A stretch of 64,000 bases of DNA from an uncultured bacterium (GCA_963825585.1 CAWGTX010000010.1:298554-362553), one strand, 5' to 3'. Shown: positions 38,677 through 49,171, counted from the first letter of the stretch. Numbers and translations: made by a program. The notes: generated by a model not told the origin, from the letters alone.

Positions 38677-38935
38677 CGGCTGGACTTCCGCCTACCGGGG
38701 CGGACGGGCTCGACCTCCACGACGGGGGCGGAACAGACGCCGGTCCAGCCGGGCTGTCATATTCGGGCGGACTTCCGCCCACGGCGCCGAACGGGCTCTC
38801 CCTCCCCTTCGGGGGCGGAACAGACGCCGGTCCGCCCGGACTGTCACATTCGGGCGGACTTCCGCCCACGGCGCCGAACGGGCTCTCCCTCCCCTTCGGG
38901 GGCGGAACAGGCGCCGGTCCGCCCGGAATGTCACA
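38675..38935. repeat. three tandem 87-bp repeats (MIRU/VNTR-like), each with GGGCGGA…TCCGCCC inverted motifs
   Basis: Units at 38675-38761 (divergent), 38762-38848 and 38849-38935; the last two differ at only 2 positions. Confidence 0.85.
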
Positions 38936-38963
38936 TCGAACTTCGGCGACCAGCCCGAACCCC

Positions 38964-39066
38964 GTTCCGGCGTGTTGCGTGTTGCGTCGGACGTAGGACC
39001 TCCCCCAGCCAGCAGCCAGCAGCCAGCAGCCAGCCGAAGCTCGTCGCTCGTCGCTCGACGCTCGAC
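38964..39066. repeat. second, inverted copy of the dispersed element: 32-nt core (38964-38995) + (CAGCCAG)4 + (TCGTCGC/TCGACGC) heptamers
   Basis: The reverse complement of 38964-38995 is identical to 7627-7658. Confidence 0.8.
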
Positions 39067-39071
39067 GCTTG

Positions 39072-39098
39072 CCCCCCCCACCCCCCGTGGGGTAGGAT
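39072..39098. promoter_or_regulatory. probable CsoR operator (GC-rich pseudo-palindrome CCCACCCCCCGTGGGGTAGG) overlapping a TAGGAT -10-like box
   Basis: Lies immediately upstream of the csoR GTG start and resembles the mycobacterial cso operator (G/C tracts flanking a GTGGGG core). Confidence 0.45.
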
Positions 39099-39104
39099 CG
39101 GGTT

Positions 39105-39419
39105 GTGAAGGAGATCCACAAGAAGTCGGCGCTCAATCGGCTCAAGACCGTTCGGGGGCATCTCGACGCGGTGATCTCGATGGTGGAAGACGAGCGGTAC
39201 TGCCCTGAGGTCATGAAACAGGTGTCGGCGTTGCAGGCTTCGCTCGAGAAGGTGAACCGGATCCTTCTCCAGAACCACCTCGAGACCTGCGTGACCCATG
39301 CCATCCAGGAGGGTCGCGGACCGGCCATCGTCGACGAGCTGATGGAGACCATGAAGTACACCCAGGCCGTCACCGGACCGTCGGCGGCGGCAGAGCTGAG
39401 AGAGTTGGAGCAGCTATGA
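39105..39419 (+). CDS. csoR: CsoR/RcnR-family copper-sensing transcriptional repressor
   Basis: …[39 protein letters not shown]…H…C…; 104 aa; GTG start. Confidence 0.85.
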   Translation: MKEIHKKSALNRLKTVRGHLDAVISMVEDERYCPEVMKQVSALQASLEKVNRILLQNHLETCVTHAIQEGRGPAIVDELMETMKYTQAVTGPSAAAELRELEQL

Positions 39420-39625
39420 ACACCGTCACACTGTCCGTACCCGACATCTCCTGCGGGCACTGCAAGAACAGCATCGAAGGTGCCGTGTCAGGGCTCGAGG
39501 GCATCGCCAACGTCGAAGTGGCGATCGAGGCCAAGACCGTCGACCTCAGCTTCGATCCTGCGGCGGTCAGCCTCGACACGATCATCGAGATGATCGAGGG
39601 ACAGGGCTACGACGTAGCCCGCTAG
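39416..39625 (+). CDS. copZ: heavy-metal-associated copper chaperone
   Basis: [21 protein letters not shown]… carries the HMA CxxC motif; 69 aa; overlaps the csoR stop. Confidence 0.9.
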   Translation: MNTVTLSVPDISCGHCKNSIEGAVSGLEGIANVEVAIEAKTVDLSFDPAAVSLDTIIEMIEGQGYDVAR

Positions 39626-39666
39626 GGGCAGGTGCCATCGCAGGCACGCCCCGGAGAGAACTGCCC

Positions 39667-41865
39667 ATGACCACCGAACACGTACGCGGCGCCACCGTCA
39701 CAGCCCAGCCTGCCATCACCTTCGAGGTGGACGGTATGACGTGTGCTGCCTGTGCCGGCCGGATCGAACGTGTCCTCGGCAAACAGGACGGCGTGGAAGC
39801 GGCAGTAGTGAACTTCGCCGGCGCCGAAGCCAAGGTCCGACTGACCGGCGACGTCACCCCGGACGAGCTCCGGGCGGCGGTTCAGAAAATCGGATACGAC
39901 ATCCGGATCGTCGAGGACGATACCGAGCGGCAGAACATGGTCGACAAGTACTCCGAGGAGGAGCGGACCCAGTGGCGTCGCATGTGGGGGTCGGCGGCCT
40001 TCTCGATCCCTGTGATGGTGCTGTCGATGTTCGGGCCGATGCACTCCACCTGGTCGTCGGTGGCGCAATGGGCGCTCACGACACCGGTCGTCTACTACTT
40101 CGGGTGGCCGTTCCATCGGGTGGCGATCAAACAGCTGCGCTCCTTCGGTGCCTCGATGGACACGCTCATCTCGCTCGGCACCACCGCCGCCTACGGCTAT
40201 TCGGTGTGGGCGGTGTTCGCCGGAGAGCATGTGTTCTTCGAGACCGCCGCCATCATCGTGACGCTCATCACCCTGGGCAAGGCGTTCGAGGCCCGAGCGA
40301 AGGGCCGGGCTTCACATGCCATCACCAAGCTGCTCGAACTCGGTGCCCGTCAGGCGACCCTGCTCCAGAACGGAGTCGAGCGCACCGTGGCCATCGAGAA
40401 CGTTCTTCCGGGCGACATCATGGTTGTGCGCCCCGGCGAGAAGATCCCCACCGACGGCACAATCTCCGAGGGCCTCACCTCGCTCGACGAGTCGATGCTG
40501 ACCGGCGAGTCCGTGCCGGTGGACAAAGGCCCCGGCGACGCCGTGTTCGGTGCCACCGTCAACCAGCAGGGGCGGATCCTGGTGGCCGCCACCCGGGTGG
40601 GGTCCGACACAGCCCTCAGCCAGATCGTGCGGATGGTCGAGCAGGCGCAGGCGACGAAGGCACCGGTACAGCGCCTGGCCGACCGGGTCTCGGCCGTGTT
40701 CGTGCCGATCGTGGTGACCATCGCCGTCGCCACGCTGGTCGTGTGGCTGTCGGTGGGCGAGCCGGTCGAGACGGCGGTGAGGGCCGCGGTGGCCGTACTC
40801 ATCATCGCCTGCCCCTGTGCGTTGGGGCTGGCGACACCCACCGCCATCATGGTGGGCAGCGCCCGCGGCGCCGAACTGGGCGTGCTGTTCAAAGGCGCCG
40901 AGATCTTCGAGCGCTCCAAGGCCGTCGACGTGGTCATGTTCGACAAGACCGGCACGCTCACCACCGGGATGATGGCACTGACCGACGTCGAAACCGATGC
41001 CGACGAATTCACCTTCCTGCGCCGGGTCGGGTCGGTGGAAGCCGCCTCCGAGCATCCGATCGGGAGGGCCGTGGCGCTCGGGGTCGAACAACGAGACATC
41101 GAACTGGTTGCAGTCACCGACTTCGCCAACGTCAGTGGCGCCGGCGTGGTCGGCCGGGTCGAAGACATCGAAGTGGTTGTGGGCAAGGCCTCGCTGGCCG
41201 CCGACCGCGGCCTCGTGGTCGACGTGCGCTGGACGCACGCCCTTGCCCTGCTCGAGGAGCAGGCGAAGACCGCCTTCCTGGCTGGTTGGGACGGGGAGGT
41301 ACGCGGGGTCATCGCCGTCGCCGACGATATCCGCCCCACCAGCCGCAGCGCCGTGTCCGAGCTTGCCGCGATCGGGGTGTCGTCGGCGATGATCACCGGC
41401 GACAACCGCCGCACCGCAGACGCCGTCGCCGACGAGATCGGGATCGACGAGGTGATCGCCGAAGTGCTCCCGGGCGACAAGGCCGCCGAGGTGAGCCGGG
41501 TCCAGGCCACCGGACGGAGCGTGGCGTTCGTGGGGGACGGGATCAACGACGCCCCCGCCCTCACCCAGGCCGATCTCGGCATTGCGGTCGGAACGGGCAC
41601 CGACATCGCAATCGAGGCGGGCGACGTCGTGCTGATGTCGGGAAACCCGGCTCAGGTGGCGGTGGCCATGCAACTGGCACGCCGCACCTTTCGGGGCATC
41701 AAGGAGAACCTGTTCTGGGCCTTCTTCTACAACACTGCCATGATCCCTCTGGCCGCCCTCGGCTATCTCGACCCGATGCTGGCCGCCGGCGCGATGGCAT
41801 TCTCGTCTGTGTCTGTGGTGGCCAACAGCCTCCGCCTGCGGCGCTGGAGACCTTCCCGGGTCTGA
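39667..41865 (+). CDS. copA: copper-translocating P1B-type ATPase
   Basis: N-terminal HMA ([10 protein letters not shown]), CPC in TM6, DKTGTLT, …GDGINDAP…; 732 aa. Confidence 0.95.
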   Translation: MTTEHVRGATVTAQPAITFEVDGMTCAACAGRIERVLGKQDGVEAAVVNFAGAEAKVRLTGDVTPDELRAAVQKIGYDIRIVEDDTERQNMVDKYSEEERTQWRRMWGSAAFSIPVMVLSMFGPMHSTWSSVAQWALTTPVVYYFGWPFHRVAIKQLRSFGASMDTLISLGTTAAYGYSVWAVFAGEHVFFETAAIIVTLITLGKAFEARAKGRASHAITKLLELGARQATLLQNGVERTVAIENVLPGDIMVVRPGEKIPTDGTISEGLTSLDESMLTGESVPVDKGPGDAVFGATVNQQGRILVAATRVGSDTALSQIVRMVEQAQATKAPVQRLADRVSAVFVPIVVTIAVATLVVWLSVGEPVETAVRAAVAVLIIACPCALGLATPTAIMVGSARGAELGVLFKGAEIFERSKAVDVVMFDKTGTLTTGMMALTDVETDADEFTFLRRVGSVEAASEHPIGRAVALGVEQRDIELVAVTDFANVSGAGVVGRVEDIEVVVGKASLAADRGLVVDVRWTHALALLEEQAKTAFLAGWDGEVRGVIAVADDIRPTSRSAVSELAAIGVSSAMITGDNRRTADAVADEIGIDEVIAEVLPGDKAAEVSRVQATGRSVAFVGDGINDAPALTQADLGIAVGTGTDIAIEAGDVVLMSGNPAQVAVAMQLARRTFRGIKENLFWAFFYNTAMIPLAALGYLDPMLAAGAMAFSSVSVVANSLRLRRWRPSRV

Positions 41866-41957
41866 GCCAAGAGCGCCGGAGCGAGGAGCCGAGGTCGGTC
41901 CGTGGATTCTGAGAATCGGCCGGCCGTCGGCACTCTCCGAGGACTAGCTTCCAGGAC

Positions 41958-42845
41958 ATGGACGCAGTGATCGAGATCCACGGATTACACAAGCGATACG
42001 GCTCGACCACTGCACTCGACGGTCTGGACCTGGTGGTCGGTCCCGGCGAGGTGCACGGGTTCCTCGGGCCGAACGGGGCCGGAAAGACCACCACCATCAG
42101 GATCCTGCTCGGCCTGCTCCGCTCCGACGGAGGAACGATCCGACTGATGGGCGGCGACCCCTGGTCGCAGGCCACCGAGTTGCACCGCCGGCTTGCGTAC
42201 GTTCCCGGCGACGTGTCGCTGTGGCCCAGCCTCACCGGTGGTGAAGTGATCGATCTGCTCGGACGGATGCGCGGCCACATGGATCAGGCGCGGAAGAGAG
42301 AACTGATCGACCGATTCGACCTCGACCCCACCAAGAAAGGGCGCGCCTACTCCAAGGGCAACCGCCAGAAGGTGGCCTTGATCGCGGCGCTGGCTTCGGA
42401 CGTCGAGCTGCTCATCCTCGACGAGCCCACCTCGGGGCTCGACCCGCTCATGGACGCGGTGTTCCGGGAATCGGTTGGCCGGGAGTTGCACAACGGGCGC
42501 ACGGTGCTGCTGGCCAGCCACATCCTGTCGGAGGTGGAAGCCCTGTGCGATCGGGTCTCGATCATCAAGGCCGGACGAACCGTCGAAACCGGCACCCTCG
42601 ACGAGTTGCGGCATCTGGCCCGGACCACCGTCATCGCCGACCTGGCCGGTCCGGCGGACGGGCTGGCGGATCTGAGCGGTGTCCATGGTGTGAAGAGCAA
42701 CGGCACCCGGGTCGACTTCGAGGTCGACCCGACCGCGCTCGATCGGGTGCTCACGCATCTGGCCGGGATCGGAGTCAGGTCGCTGACCAGTCGTCCCCCG
42801 ACGCTGGAGGAACTGTTCATCCGTCACTATCAGGACGGAGCATGA
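41958..42845 (+). CDS. ABC transporter ATP-binding protein (ABC-2/DrrA-like)
   Basis: GPNGAGKTT, …[11 protein letters not shown]…, …[11 protein letters not shown]…. Confidence 0.9.
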   Translation: MDAVIEIHGLHKRYGSTTALDGLDLVVGPGEVHGFLGPNGAGKTTTIRILLGLLRSDGGTIRLMGGDPWSQATELHRRLAYVPGDVSLWPSLTGGEVIDLLGRMRGHMDQARKRELIDRFDLDPTKKGRAYSKGNRQKVALIAALASDVELLILDEPTSGLDPLMDAVFRESVGRELHNGRTVLLASHILSEVEALCDRVSIIKAGRTVETGTLDELRHLARTTVIADLAGPADGLADLSGVHGVKSNGTRVDFEVDPTALDRVLTHLAGIGVRSLTSRPPTLEELFIRHYQDGA

Positions 42846-44458
42846 CCGGGCGGCGACCGATGAGAGACATCGCCGGGTTCGGGATGATGCTGCGGCTGGT
42901 GCTGCGGCGCGAGCGGATCGACCTCCCGGTGTGGATCCTCATCATCGCGGCCATCCCCGCCGGCACGGCCAGCGCCTTCGCAGCCCTGTATCCCGACGCC
43001 GCCGGGTTGGAACAGGCGGCCACCGCCATCGGCGGCAACCCGGCGTTCGTGGCGTTCCTGGGGCCGGTGCAGGCACCGACCCTGGGCGGACTGACGACCT
43101 GGCGGGTGGGAGCGTTCGTCGGTGTGATGATGGGGATCCTGAACGTGCTGACGGTGACTCGTCACACCCGGGCCGAGGAGCAGGCTGGTCGCCGCGAGCT
43201 GGTGGGAGCCACCGCCGTCGGACGCCATGCACCGTTGGTGGCGGCGCTCGTGGTGGTGGTCGTCACCGACATCCTCATCGGTGTGGTGGCCGCCGCCGGG
43301 ATGGTCGCGACAGGACTCGACACGGCTGGTTCGATCGCATTCGGGGCGGGAGCGACGGCGGTGGGACTGGTGTTCGCCGGGATCGCGGCGGTGGCGGCAC
43401 AGTTGTTCGACACCAGCCGGGCGGCCAACGCCATGGGGATCGGGATGGTGGCGGTGTCGTTTCTCCTTCGGGTGGTGGGAGATGCCGGATCCGCCGCCGG
43501 CCTCGAGTTCCTGTCGTGGATATCGCCGATCGGACTCACCCAGCGGATCGCGCCGTTCGCCTCGCCGCGCTGGTGGGTCCTGGCGGTACTGCTCGCGGTG
43601 GCGATCGCCGGCATGGTGGGCGCCCAGGCCGTATCCGCCCGCCGTGACGTCGGTGCCGGTGTGTTCGGCACCCGGTCGGGACCCTCCGAGGCGACGGCTT
43701 CGCTCTCCGGGCCCCTGGGCCTGGCCGTCCGTCTGCAGCGGGGCGTCGGTGTGGCCTGGCTGGTGGGGTTCGCCGTGTTCGGGCTCCTCATCGGTGCCGC
43801 CACCGAAGGATTCACCGAACTGCTCTCGGAGAACCCGCTGTTGCGGAACATGATGGAACTGATCGGCGGGGAGAAGGGCATCACCGACGCCTACCTCGCC
43901 ACCATGTTCTCGGTGTTCGGAATGGTGGTTTCAGCCCACGCCGTGCAGGCGGTGCTGTGGCTGCAGAGCGAGGAGGCGGCTGCACGCGTCGACCCCATCC
44001 TCGCCACCGCGGTCCCGAGGAGCCGGTGGTTGGCAAGCCACACCCTGGTCGGGATCGTCACGGCCGTGCTCGACCTGACCGTCATCGGAGCGGCTACCGG
44101 ACTCGCCTATGGCCTCACGATCGACGAAGTCGGCGGACAGGTTCCCCGCATGATCGGAGCGGCCCTCATCCAACTCGCCGCCGTCCTGGTGATGGTCGGC
44201 TTCACGTTGGCGGTGTTCGCCCTCGCCCCGCGCCTGACCTGGGCTGCCTGGGCCGCCCTCGGGGCGGCGGCTCTCCTCACCCTGCTGGGCCGTTCCCTCC
44301 GGCTCAGCGAATGGCTGATCGACCTGTCTCCCTTCAGCCACTTGCCGCAGGTCCCCGGTCCTGAGATAGCGGTTGGGCCGATCGCCACTCTGGTGGGGGT
44401 GGCGGCGGTACTGGTCGTGGCTGGATTCGTGGGGTTCCAGCGGCGGGACGTCGGCTGA
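42842..44458 (+). CDS. ABC-2 family transporter permease
   Basis: 538-aa polytopic membrane protein; its ATG overlaps the ATPase stop as ATGA. The track ORF from 42545 is an upstream extension. Confidence 0.8.
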   Translation: MTGRRPMRDIAGFGMMLRLVLRRERIDLPVWILIIAAIPAGTASAFAALYPDAAGLEQAATAIGGNPAFVAFLGPVQAPTLGGLTTWRVGAFVGVMMGILNVLTVTRHTRAEEQAGRRELVGATAVGRHAPLVAALVVVVVTDILIGVVAAAGMVATGLDTAGSIAFGAGATAVGLVFAGIAAVAAQLFDTSRAANAMGIGMVAVSFLLRVVGDAGSAAGLEFLSWISPIGLTQRIAPFASPRWWVLAVLLAVAIAGMVGAQAVSARRDVGAGVFGTRSGPSEATASLSGPLGLAVRLQRGVGVAWLVGFAVFGLLIGAATEGFTELLSENPLLRNMMELIGGEKGITDAYLATMFSVFGMVVSAHAVQAVLWLQSEEAAARVDPILATAVPRSRWLASHTLVGIVTAVLDLTVIGAATGLAYGLTIDEVGGQVPRMIGAALIQLAAVLVMVGFTLAVFALAPRLTWAAWAALGAAALLTLLGRSLRLSEWLIDLSPFSHLPQVPGPEIAVGPIATLVGVAAVLVVAGFVGFQRRDVG

Positions 44459-44476
44459 ACCGGCCGCCGGCGCCCG

Positions 44477-45448
44477 TCACGCCGTGCCGACGCGGATCCC
44501 GAGGCGACGCAGTTCTTCCCGGTAGGCGATGGCCAGACGGTCGGACTTCAGGTGCATCTCGGCCGCCAGATCGAGGGGAAGCCTCTCGGGCCGCTGGCTC
44601 ATGAGGATGCGAACGTCCTGGGCGAAGATCGTGTCCTGGAACTCCACGAATTGGGCGTCGGGGATGTCGAATGCGTAGTTGCGCGACAGCACCGCGAACG
44701 CCTGAGTCGCGCAGTCACCCAACGGGGTGGTGTGCAGCATGATGGCGAAGGTGGCGTCGTCGTCACGCTTCCGGAACATCACGGTCAACGGGCCCATGAT
44801 CTCGTACACGTAGTCGCTCATCACATCCGATCCGCGCCCGTCCGGGTCGGGTTGGTAGATGCGGATGACATCGGTGATGAGCCGGTCACCCTCCCGCCGC
44901 ACGTGGTAGTCGGGTATGGCGGCGCGTTCCGGAACGCCCAGCAACCCCTCGTGCACCCACATCAGGTGGGCAACGTCGAGGAAGTTCTCGATCACCCTCG
45001 GCGCCTCGGCCTCCACGACGTAGGGGCCACAGATCACACTGCGGAACCCGTCGGTCTCGTCCTCGGCGAAGTCGGGTGGAAGCGGCGAATCCGGCGCGCC
45101 CACGCACACCCACACCAGCCCGTTTCGTTCCACACACGGGCGACGCACCGCCTGCGCCCGCGACGAGATGGGGGTGTCGGGATGGGCGGGGATGGCGACG
45201 CAGCGACCATCGCCGTCGTAGCGCCATCCGTGATAGGGACACACCAGGCATCCCTCCTCCACCTGACCCAACGACAGGGCGGTTCCCCGGTGCACGCACA
45301 GGTCGTCGAAGGCTCGCACCTCGCCATCGTGACGCCACAGGACGAGGTGGTGCCCCATGACCGTGGCCCGCATCGGGGCGTCGACCTGCTCGGCCACGGC
45401 AACCGCCATCCACGCTCCACTCAGGGCCGGGTCGAAGCTGGTTTCCAT
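44477..45448 (-). CDS. Rieske [2Fe-2S] domain oxygenase (ring-hydroxylating oxygenase alpha-subunit-like)
   Basis: CVHRG…(17)…CPYHGW is a Rieske motif; the C-terminal catalytic region carries His ligands. Confidence 0.85.
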   Translation of the reverse strand: METSFDPALSGAWMAVAVAEQVDAPMRATVMGHHLVLWRHDGEVRAFDDLCVHRGTALSLGQVEEGCLVCPYHGWRYDGDGRCVAIPAHPDTPISSRAQAVRRPCVERNGLVWVCVGAPDSPLPPDFAEDETDGFRSVICGPYVVEAEAPRVIENFLDVAHLMWVHEGLLGVPERAAIPDYHVRREGDRLITDVIRIYQPDPDGRGSDVMSDYVYEIMGPLTVMFRKRDDDATFAIMLHTTPLGDCATQAFAVLSRNYAFDIPDAQFVEFQDTIFAQDVRILMSQRPERLPLDLAAEMHLKSDRLAIAYREELRRLGIRVGTA

Positions 45449-45463
45449 CGGCGGGATCGTAGG

Positions 45464-46753
45464 TCAGCGAACCCGTCTACCCGCCACCCACACGCCGGTG
45501 ATGTCGGACTCCGACGCCAGTCGGACCACTTTCTCGAACATGCGGGAGTGATCGTCGATGTCGGGCCAGAACCGAAGTGGGGTGTCGGCGGCCTCGGTGT
45601 CGACCACGAAGGCGTCGAACGGTCGCCCCGGCTCGAGCAGTCCCGTGGGGGCGCCGGTCAGGCGAGCCCCTCCCACGGTGGCCAGGTGGAATGCCGTCAC
45701 CGTGTCAATCCGCGCGCCCATAACCCCGCGATCACCCCGGTTCACTCCTGCCTCGAGCATCCGCGACGAGGTCACGGCATGTCCGCACTGGTTGAGCATG
45801 CCCGGGTGGGCTCCGCCGGCGATATCGGTGCCCAGCCCCACCGCCACACCCGCCGCCAGCGCCCTACGGAGCGGGAACGCGCCGTCACCGAAGTAGGCGT
45901 TGGAGAGCGGGCAGTGGGCGATGCCTGCGCCACGCCCGACGATCAAGCCCAGGTCGTCATCGTCGACGTGGCCGCAATGGGCCAGCACGGTGTGCCGCCC
46001 CATCAGCCCGAACCGGTCGAGCATGTGCGTGTCGGAATGCCCGAACCGTTCGAGGACGTAGTGGTGCTCCCATTCGTTCTCCGAACAGTGGGTCTGCAGG
46101 GTCACCCCGGAGTCCGCCGCCAGCTCACCCAACCCCGTCAACAGCTCATCGGTACACGCCGGGATGAATCGGGGTGTGATGATCGGCGACACGAGCGGGG
46201 AGCCGAGTGCTCTGATGGCCTCGATCGAATCGGTACTGGCAGCGACACCAGCCACGGCGTCGGCATCGCGATACCAGTCCGGTGTCCCGTCCGGGTGATC
46301 CATCGCCACTCTGCCCACCAGTGCCCGTTGCCCTCTGGCCGCACAGGTCGCCGCCAACGACGTGGTCGCATCGACGTCCAAGGTCCCGTAGTACACCGCC
46401 GACGTGGTCCCGTGAGCGAGCAGCGACGCCACCAGGTCGTCCCACACCGCCGCCGCAAAGCCGGGATCGGCGTACCGGGCCTCGAGTGGGAACGTGTACT
46501 CGAAGAGCCATCGCTCCAACGGAAGATCGAGCCCCGTTCCCAGCTGCGGCCACTGTGGAGCATGCACGTGCGTATCGATCAACCCTGGGAGCAGCACCGC
46601 ACACGACGACAACTCCAGATCCACCGGACCGTCGCCGCCCATCGACACGATCACGCCGTCCTCGCCGACCTCCACCCGGCACCGCTCCAACACCTGCAAC
46701 TCCGACGGAGACGGCGTCTGCATGACGGTGGCACGGATGGAGAAGGCGGGCAC
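45464..46753 (-). CDS. guanine deaminase-like amidohydrolase
   Basis: …PGLIDTHVHAPQ…, …HCSEN…, …HCPLSN… and …GTDIAGG… fit the GuaD/amidohydrolase-1 pattern. Confidence 0.8.
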   Translation of the reverse strand: MPAFSIRATVMQTPSPSELQVLERCRVEVGEDGVIVSMGGDGPVDLELSSCAVLLPGLIDTHVHAPQWPQLGTGLDLPLERWLFEYTFPLEARYADPGFAAAVWDDLVASLLAHGTTSAVYYGTLDVDATTSLAATCAARGQRALVGRVAMDHPDGTPDWYRDADAVAGVAASTDSIEAIRALGSPLVSPIITPRFIPACTDELLTGLGELAADSGVTLQTHCSENEWEHHYVLERFGHSDTHMLDRFGLMGRHTVLAHCGHVDDDDLGLIVGRGAGIAHCPLSNAYFGDGAFPLRRALAAGVAVGLGTDIAGGAHPGMLNQCGHAVTSSRMLEAGVNRGDRGVMGARIDTVTAFHLATVGGARLTGAPTGLLEPGRPFDAFVVDTEAADTPLRFWPDIDDHSRMFEKVVRLASESDITGVWVAGRRVR

Positions 46754-46763
46754 GGACCGGAAG

Positions 46764-46902
46764 GTACAACGTAGAACGTAGAAAGTAGAACGTACGGAAG
46801 TGCCCTGCGTCAGGTCAGAGTGTCCGCTTTCACGACGCGGGCGTCGAACTCAACCAACCCGGCGGCGGGGACTTCTTGTGCTTTCTACGTTCTACGTTGT
46901 AC
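46764..46902. repeat. perfect 22-bp inverted repeat GTACAACGTAGAACGTAGAAAG (46764-46785 / 46881-46902) built from (C)GTAGAAC units, flanking a 95-bp AT-richer core
   Basis: Direct reading; lies upstream of the guanine-deaminase-like gene. Composition differs from the genome average. Confidence 0.7.
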
Positions 46903-46920
46903 GTTCTACCGTCCACGCGA

Positions 46921-46960
46921 GAGAGCCCCCCGGCATCACACCGGGGGGCTCTCGTTTGAC
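46921..46960. terminator. 13-bp-stem hairpin GAGAGCCCCCCGG-catcaca-CCGGGGGGCTCTC followed by GTTTGAC
   Basis: Direct reading; lies 3' of the minus-strand gene 46998..47687. Confidence 0.6.
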
Positions 46961-46997
46961 TACGGGCGCCGGACGAAGGTCCAGCTGGGATCTGTGG

Positions 46998-47687
46998 TCA
47001 GACCTTGACCGGATCCTTCAGCGAGGAATCCGAAACCCGCAGAACCTTGTCGCCCTTGGCGGCCCAGGCGAGACCCAGACCAGCGATGATCAACGTGGCA
47101 CCCAGCCCACCGAACAGACCGGCCAGACCAAGACCCATCTGCAGGGTCGAATGCGTCACCGTGCCAACACCCAACTCGGCGAACAACCCATGAGCCGTTC
47201 CCGACCATGCCTGCTCCCGAGCCGGACCCTCCAACGGATGCTGACGATCAAACCCGGTCCAGTACCTGCCATCCACCGCAACGTCATAGGTACCAGCAGC
47301 GAAGGTCTCACCCTCGTACTCGACATCCTCGACCAGCGTCACCGTCTGGGTGCCATGCAACACGTGGAACCCAACCGTGGCCATCTGGTACATGTACTCA
47401 GACGCCGTGTTCACCAACGGATCAGCCGGATCCAGATCACCCATCACCACCGGATATCCCCAATCCTCGGTGAGCAGAGCAAGGATCTCCTGAGCCTGGG
47501 CGGGATCACCACGATCGATGAGCTGGCCGTCGTCGTTGTACGACAGGGTCACGTTCTGGGCCTCAGAGAACGCCTGAAGGGAACCGTACCCCTCCTGGAC
47601 CTTGCTGAACGCCACCCCACCAGCAACCACGAACACCAGCCCGGCCAACGCAAGTACATAACCGAGAGTTGTCAGACGCTTCGTCAT
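46998..47687 (-). CDS. hypothetical membrane-anchored protein (N- and C-terminal TM helices)
   Basis: 229 aa, MTKRLTTLGYVLALAGLVFVVAGGVAF… with C-terminal …LGLAGLFGGLGATLIIAGLGLAWAA…; clean coding composition. Confidence 0.6.
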   Translation of the reverse strand: MTKRLTTLGYVLALAGLVFVVAGGVAFSKVQEGYGSLQAFSEAQNVTLSYNDDGQLIDRGDPAQAQEILALLTEDWGYPVVMGDLDPADPLVNTASEYMYQMATVGFHVLHGTQTVTLVEDVEYEGETFAAGTYDVAVDGRYWTGFDRQHPLEGPAREQAWSGTAHGLFAELGVGTVTHSTLQMGLGLAGLFGGLGATLIIAGLGLAWAAKGDKVLRVSDSSLKDPVKV

Positions 47688-47822
47688 CAGCGACCTCCTC
47701 GCTTTGGGATCAATAGAAAACGTCTCCCAGACAATCGGCGATCACCACCCCCAACAACACCCAGCAAACGACCCTGCCACACCACAAACGGCCTATGCAC
47801 AACATCGCATACAACACGGAAC

Positions 47823-47854
47823 AGCCCGCTCCGGAAGATCCGGGAGCGGGCTGT
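47823..47854. terminator. hairpin CAGCCCGCTCCGG-aagat-CCGGGAGCGGGCTG downstream of the DUF4870 gene
   Basis: Direct reading. Confidence 0.55.
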
Positions 47855-47880
47855 CCGGGTGAGTCGATCCCCGTCGTGGG

Positions 47881-48306
47881 CTACTGGACGAAGCGGATCG
47901 TGAAGGGGTAGCGGTATCCGGTACCCCGGGAAGCCTTCACCGAGGCGTCGATCACCAACACCAACCAGGCGATGAACAGGGCGGGGAGCAGAATGAACCC
48001 GATGAGCAGGATGACCGAGATGGCGGCCACCGCACCGTAGATCAGCATGGAGATGTTGAAGTTCAGCGCCTCCTTCGCCTGCTCGCCCACGTACGGGTCG
48101 TCACGCCACGCCAGCCAGGCGACGAGCGGGCCGAACACCGAGGGAATCCCGAGGAACATGACCAGCGCCGACAGATGGCTGATCATCGCCCGGTTGTTGG
48201 CATCGGATGTCACGGTCGTCTCCGGTCGAGGGGTGGTGGTCTCACTCGTTGCGGTCGTGGTCTCTTCGGTCACGGTCTTCCTCCTGGTCTTGACTTCTCC
48301 CGTCAC
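47881..48306 (-). CDS. DUF4870-family small membrane protein with Thr-rich N-terminus
   Basis: …MISHLSALVMFLGIPSVFGPLVAWLAWRDDPYVGEQAKEALNFNISMLIYG… matches the DUF4870 pattern. Confidence 0.7.
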   Translation of the reverse strand: MTGEVKTRRKTVTEETTTATSETTTPRPETTVTSDANNRAMISHLSALVMFLGIPSVFGPLVAWLAWRDDPYVGEQAKEALNFNISMLIYGAVAAISVILLIGFILLPALFIAWLVLVIDASVKASRGTGYRYPFTIRFVQ

Positions 48307-48349
48307 TATCCGTCCCCGGGTCCCCGATTGCTACCGGGGGTGACCCGCA

Positions 48350-48376
48350 GACATCCCTGACATCCCTGACATCCCC
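48350..48376. repeat. (GACATCCCT) x3 tandem nonamer
   Basis: Direct reading in the 77-bp gap between two minus-strand genes. Confidence 0.8.
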
Positions 48377-48383
48377 GAGACGG

Positions 48384-49169
48384 CTACCGCCCCGGTTCCA
48401 GCAGCAGTGTCTGGACAGCCCGGCCCACCGGGCCGTCACGATCGAACAGCTCGGCGTCGGCCAACCCGATGCCATCGGCATTCCAGTGTGATCGGACCCG
48501 GGAACACAACCATTCGCCCACCGGATGGCGATGCACTGCGATGGTCAGGTCGGCGTTCACGAACAGCACCCGGTCGAGGTAGTCGTTGTAACTGATGCCG
48601 TTGCCCGAATCCGCCAACGGGCACAGCCGCTGGAAGCCCGACGGCTCCTCATCTGCCAGCAGGGGCACGGTTCGCATCCACACCGTGGTCGGCCCTCCCG
48701 TGCCCTGGGACTCGGCCGGGTCGTACCGAACCTCCACCGACCCGGGAAACGCCGACAACCCGTGACGCGTCTCTGCGATCGGGAACGGGCCAGGAACCGA
48801 CGCCTCGAACGACGGGGAGTCGACCGGTGCCGTGTCACAGTCGAGCGCCTCGTCGAGCGTCCGCAGGTGGAGTCCGACCGCCCGGGCATACACACGGTCC
48901 TCGTCGAAGATCTCGGACTCGGTCGCCATCACCGACCGTCCCGGCCGTCGCACCTCGGCCTGCACCCTGAAACCCGCCATCGGCACCGGACGGAGCAACT
49001 CCACCACCACCCGAGAAAGACGCACATGAGGAACCAGCCCCTCCATCGCCCGCACCATCAAACCGGTGGGCGGTCCGGCATGGCATGACCCAGCGTCCCA
49101 CGGCCCTCGGCAATGTTCGGTCGGCTCGAACCAGTGGCCATCGGACGTCGAGAAGTAGGCAGCAGTCAC
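48384..49169 (-). CDS. thioesterase-superfamily (double hotdog, TesB-like) protein
   Basis: 261 aa; …GRSVMATESEIFDEDRVYARAVGL… and …TVWMR…DLTIAVHRHPVGEWLCSRVR… resemble acyl-CoA thioesterase II halves. Confidence 0.65.
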   Translation of the reverse strand: MTAAYFSTSDGHWFEPTEHCRGPWDAGSCHAGPPTGLMVRAMEGLVPHVRLSRVVVELLRPVPMAGFRVQAEVRRPGRSVMATESEIFDEDRVYARAVGLHLRTLDEALDCDTAPVDSPSFEASVPGPFPIAETRHGLSAFPGSVEVRYDPAESQGTGGPTTVWMRTVPLLADEEPSGFQRLCPLADSGNGISYNDYLDRVLFVNADLTIAVHRHPVGEWLCSRVRSHWNADGIGLADAELFDRDGPVGRAVQTLLLEPGR

Positions 49170-49171
49170 CG

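Noticed and set aside
38675-38935. CRISPR array
   Set aside because: The units are contiguous 87-bp repeats with no unique spacers between them, the period is far longer than CRISPR repeats, and there are no cas genes nearby. It is a tandem VNTR instead.
7598-39066. Genomic island or composite transposon bounded by the inverted copies of the 32-nt dispersed element
   Set aside because: The 31-kb interior is ordinary housekeeping content (aminotransferase, nth, acs, lnt, suhB, peptidases) with no integrase, transposase, tRNA target or compositional shift. The copies are more likely members of a dispersed intergenic repeat family.
38369-39460. Long minus-strand ORF (363 aa) and plus-strand ORFs 38570..39208 / 38592..38996 with repeated peptide units
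   Set aside because: They are translations of the 87-bp (=29-codon) repeats and of the terminator hairpin, with a Pro/Gly/Arg-rich low-complexity product. They overlap a well-supported small gene and its terminator, so they are not coding.
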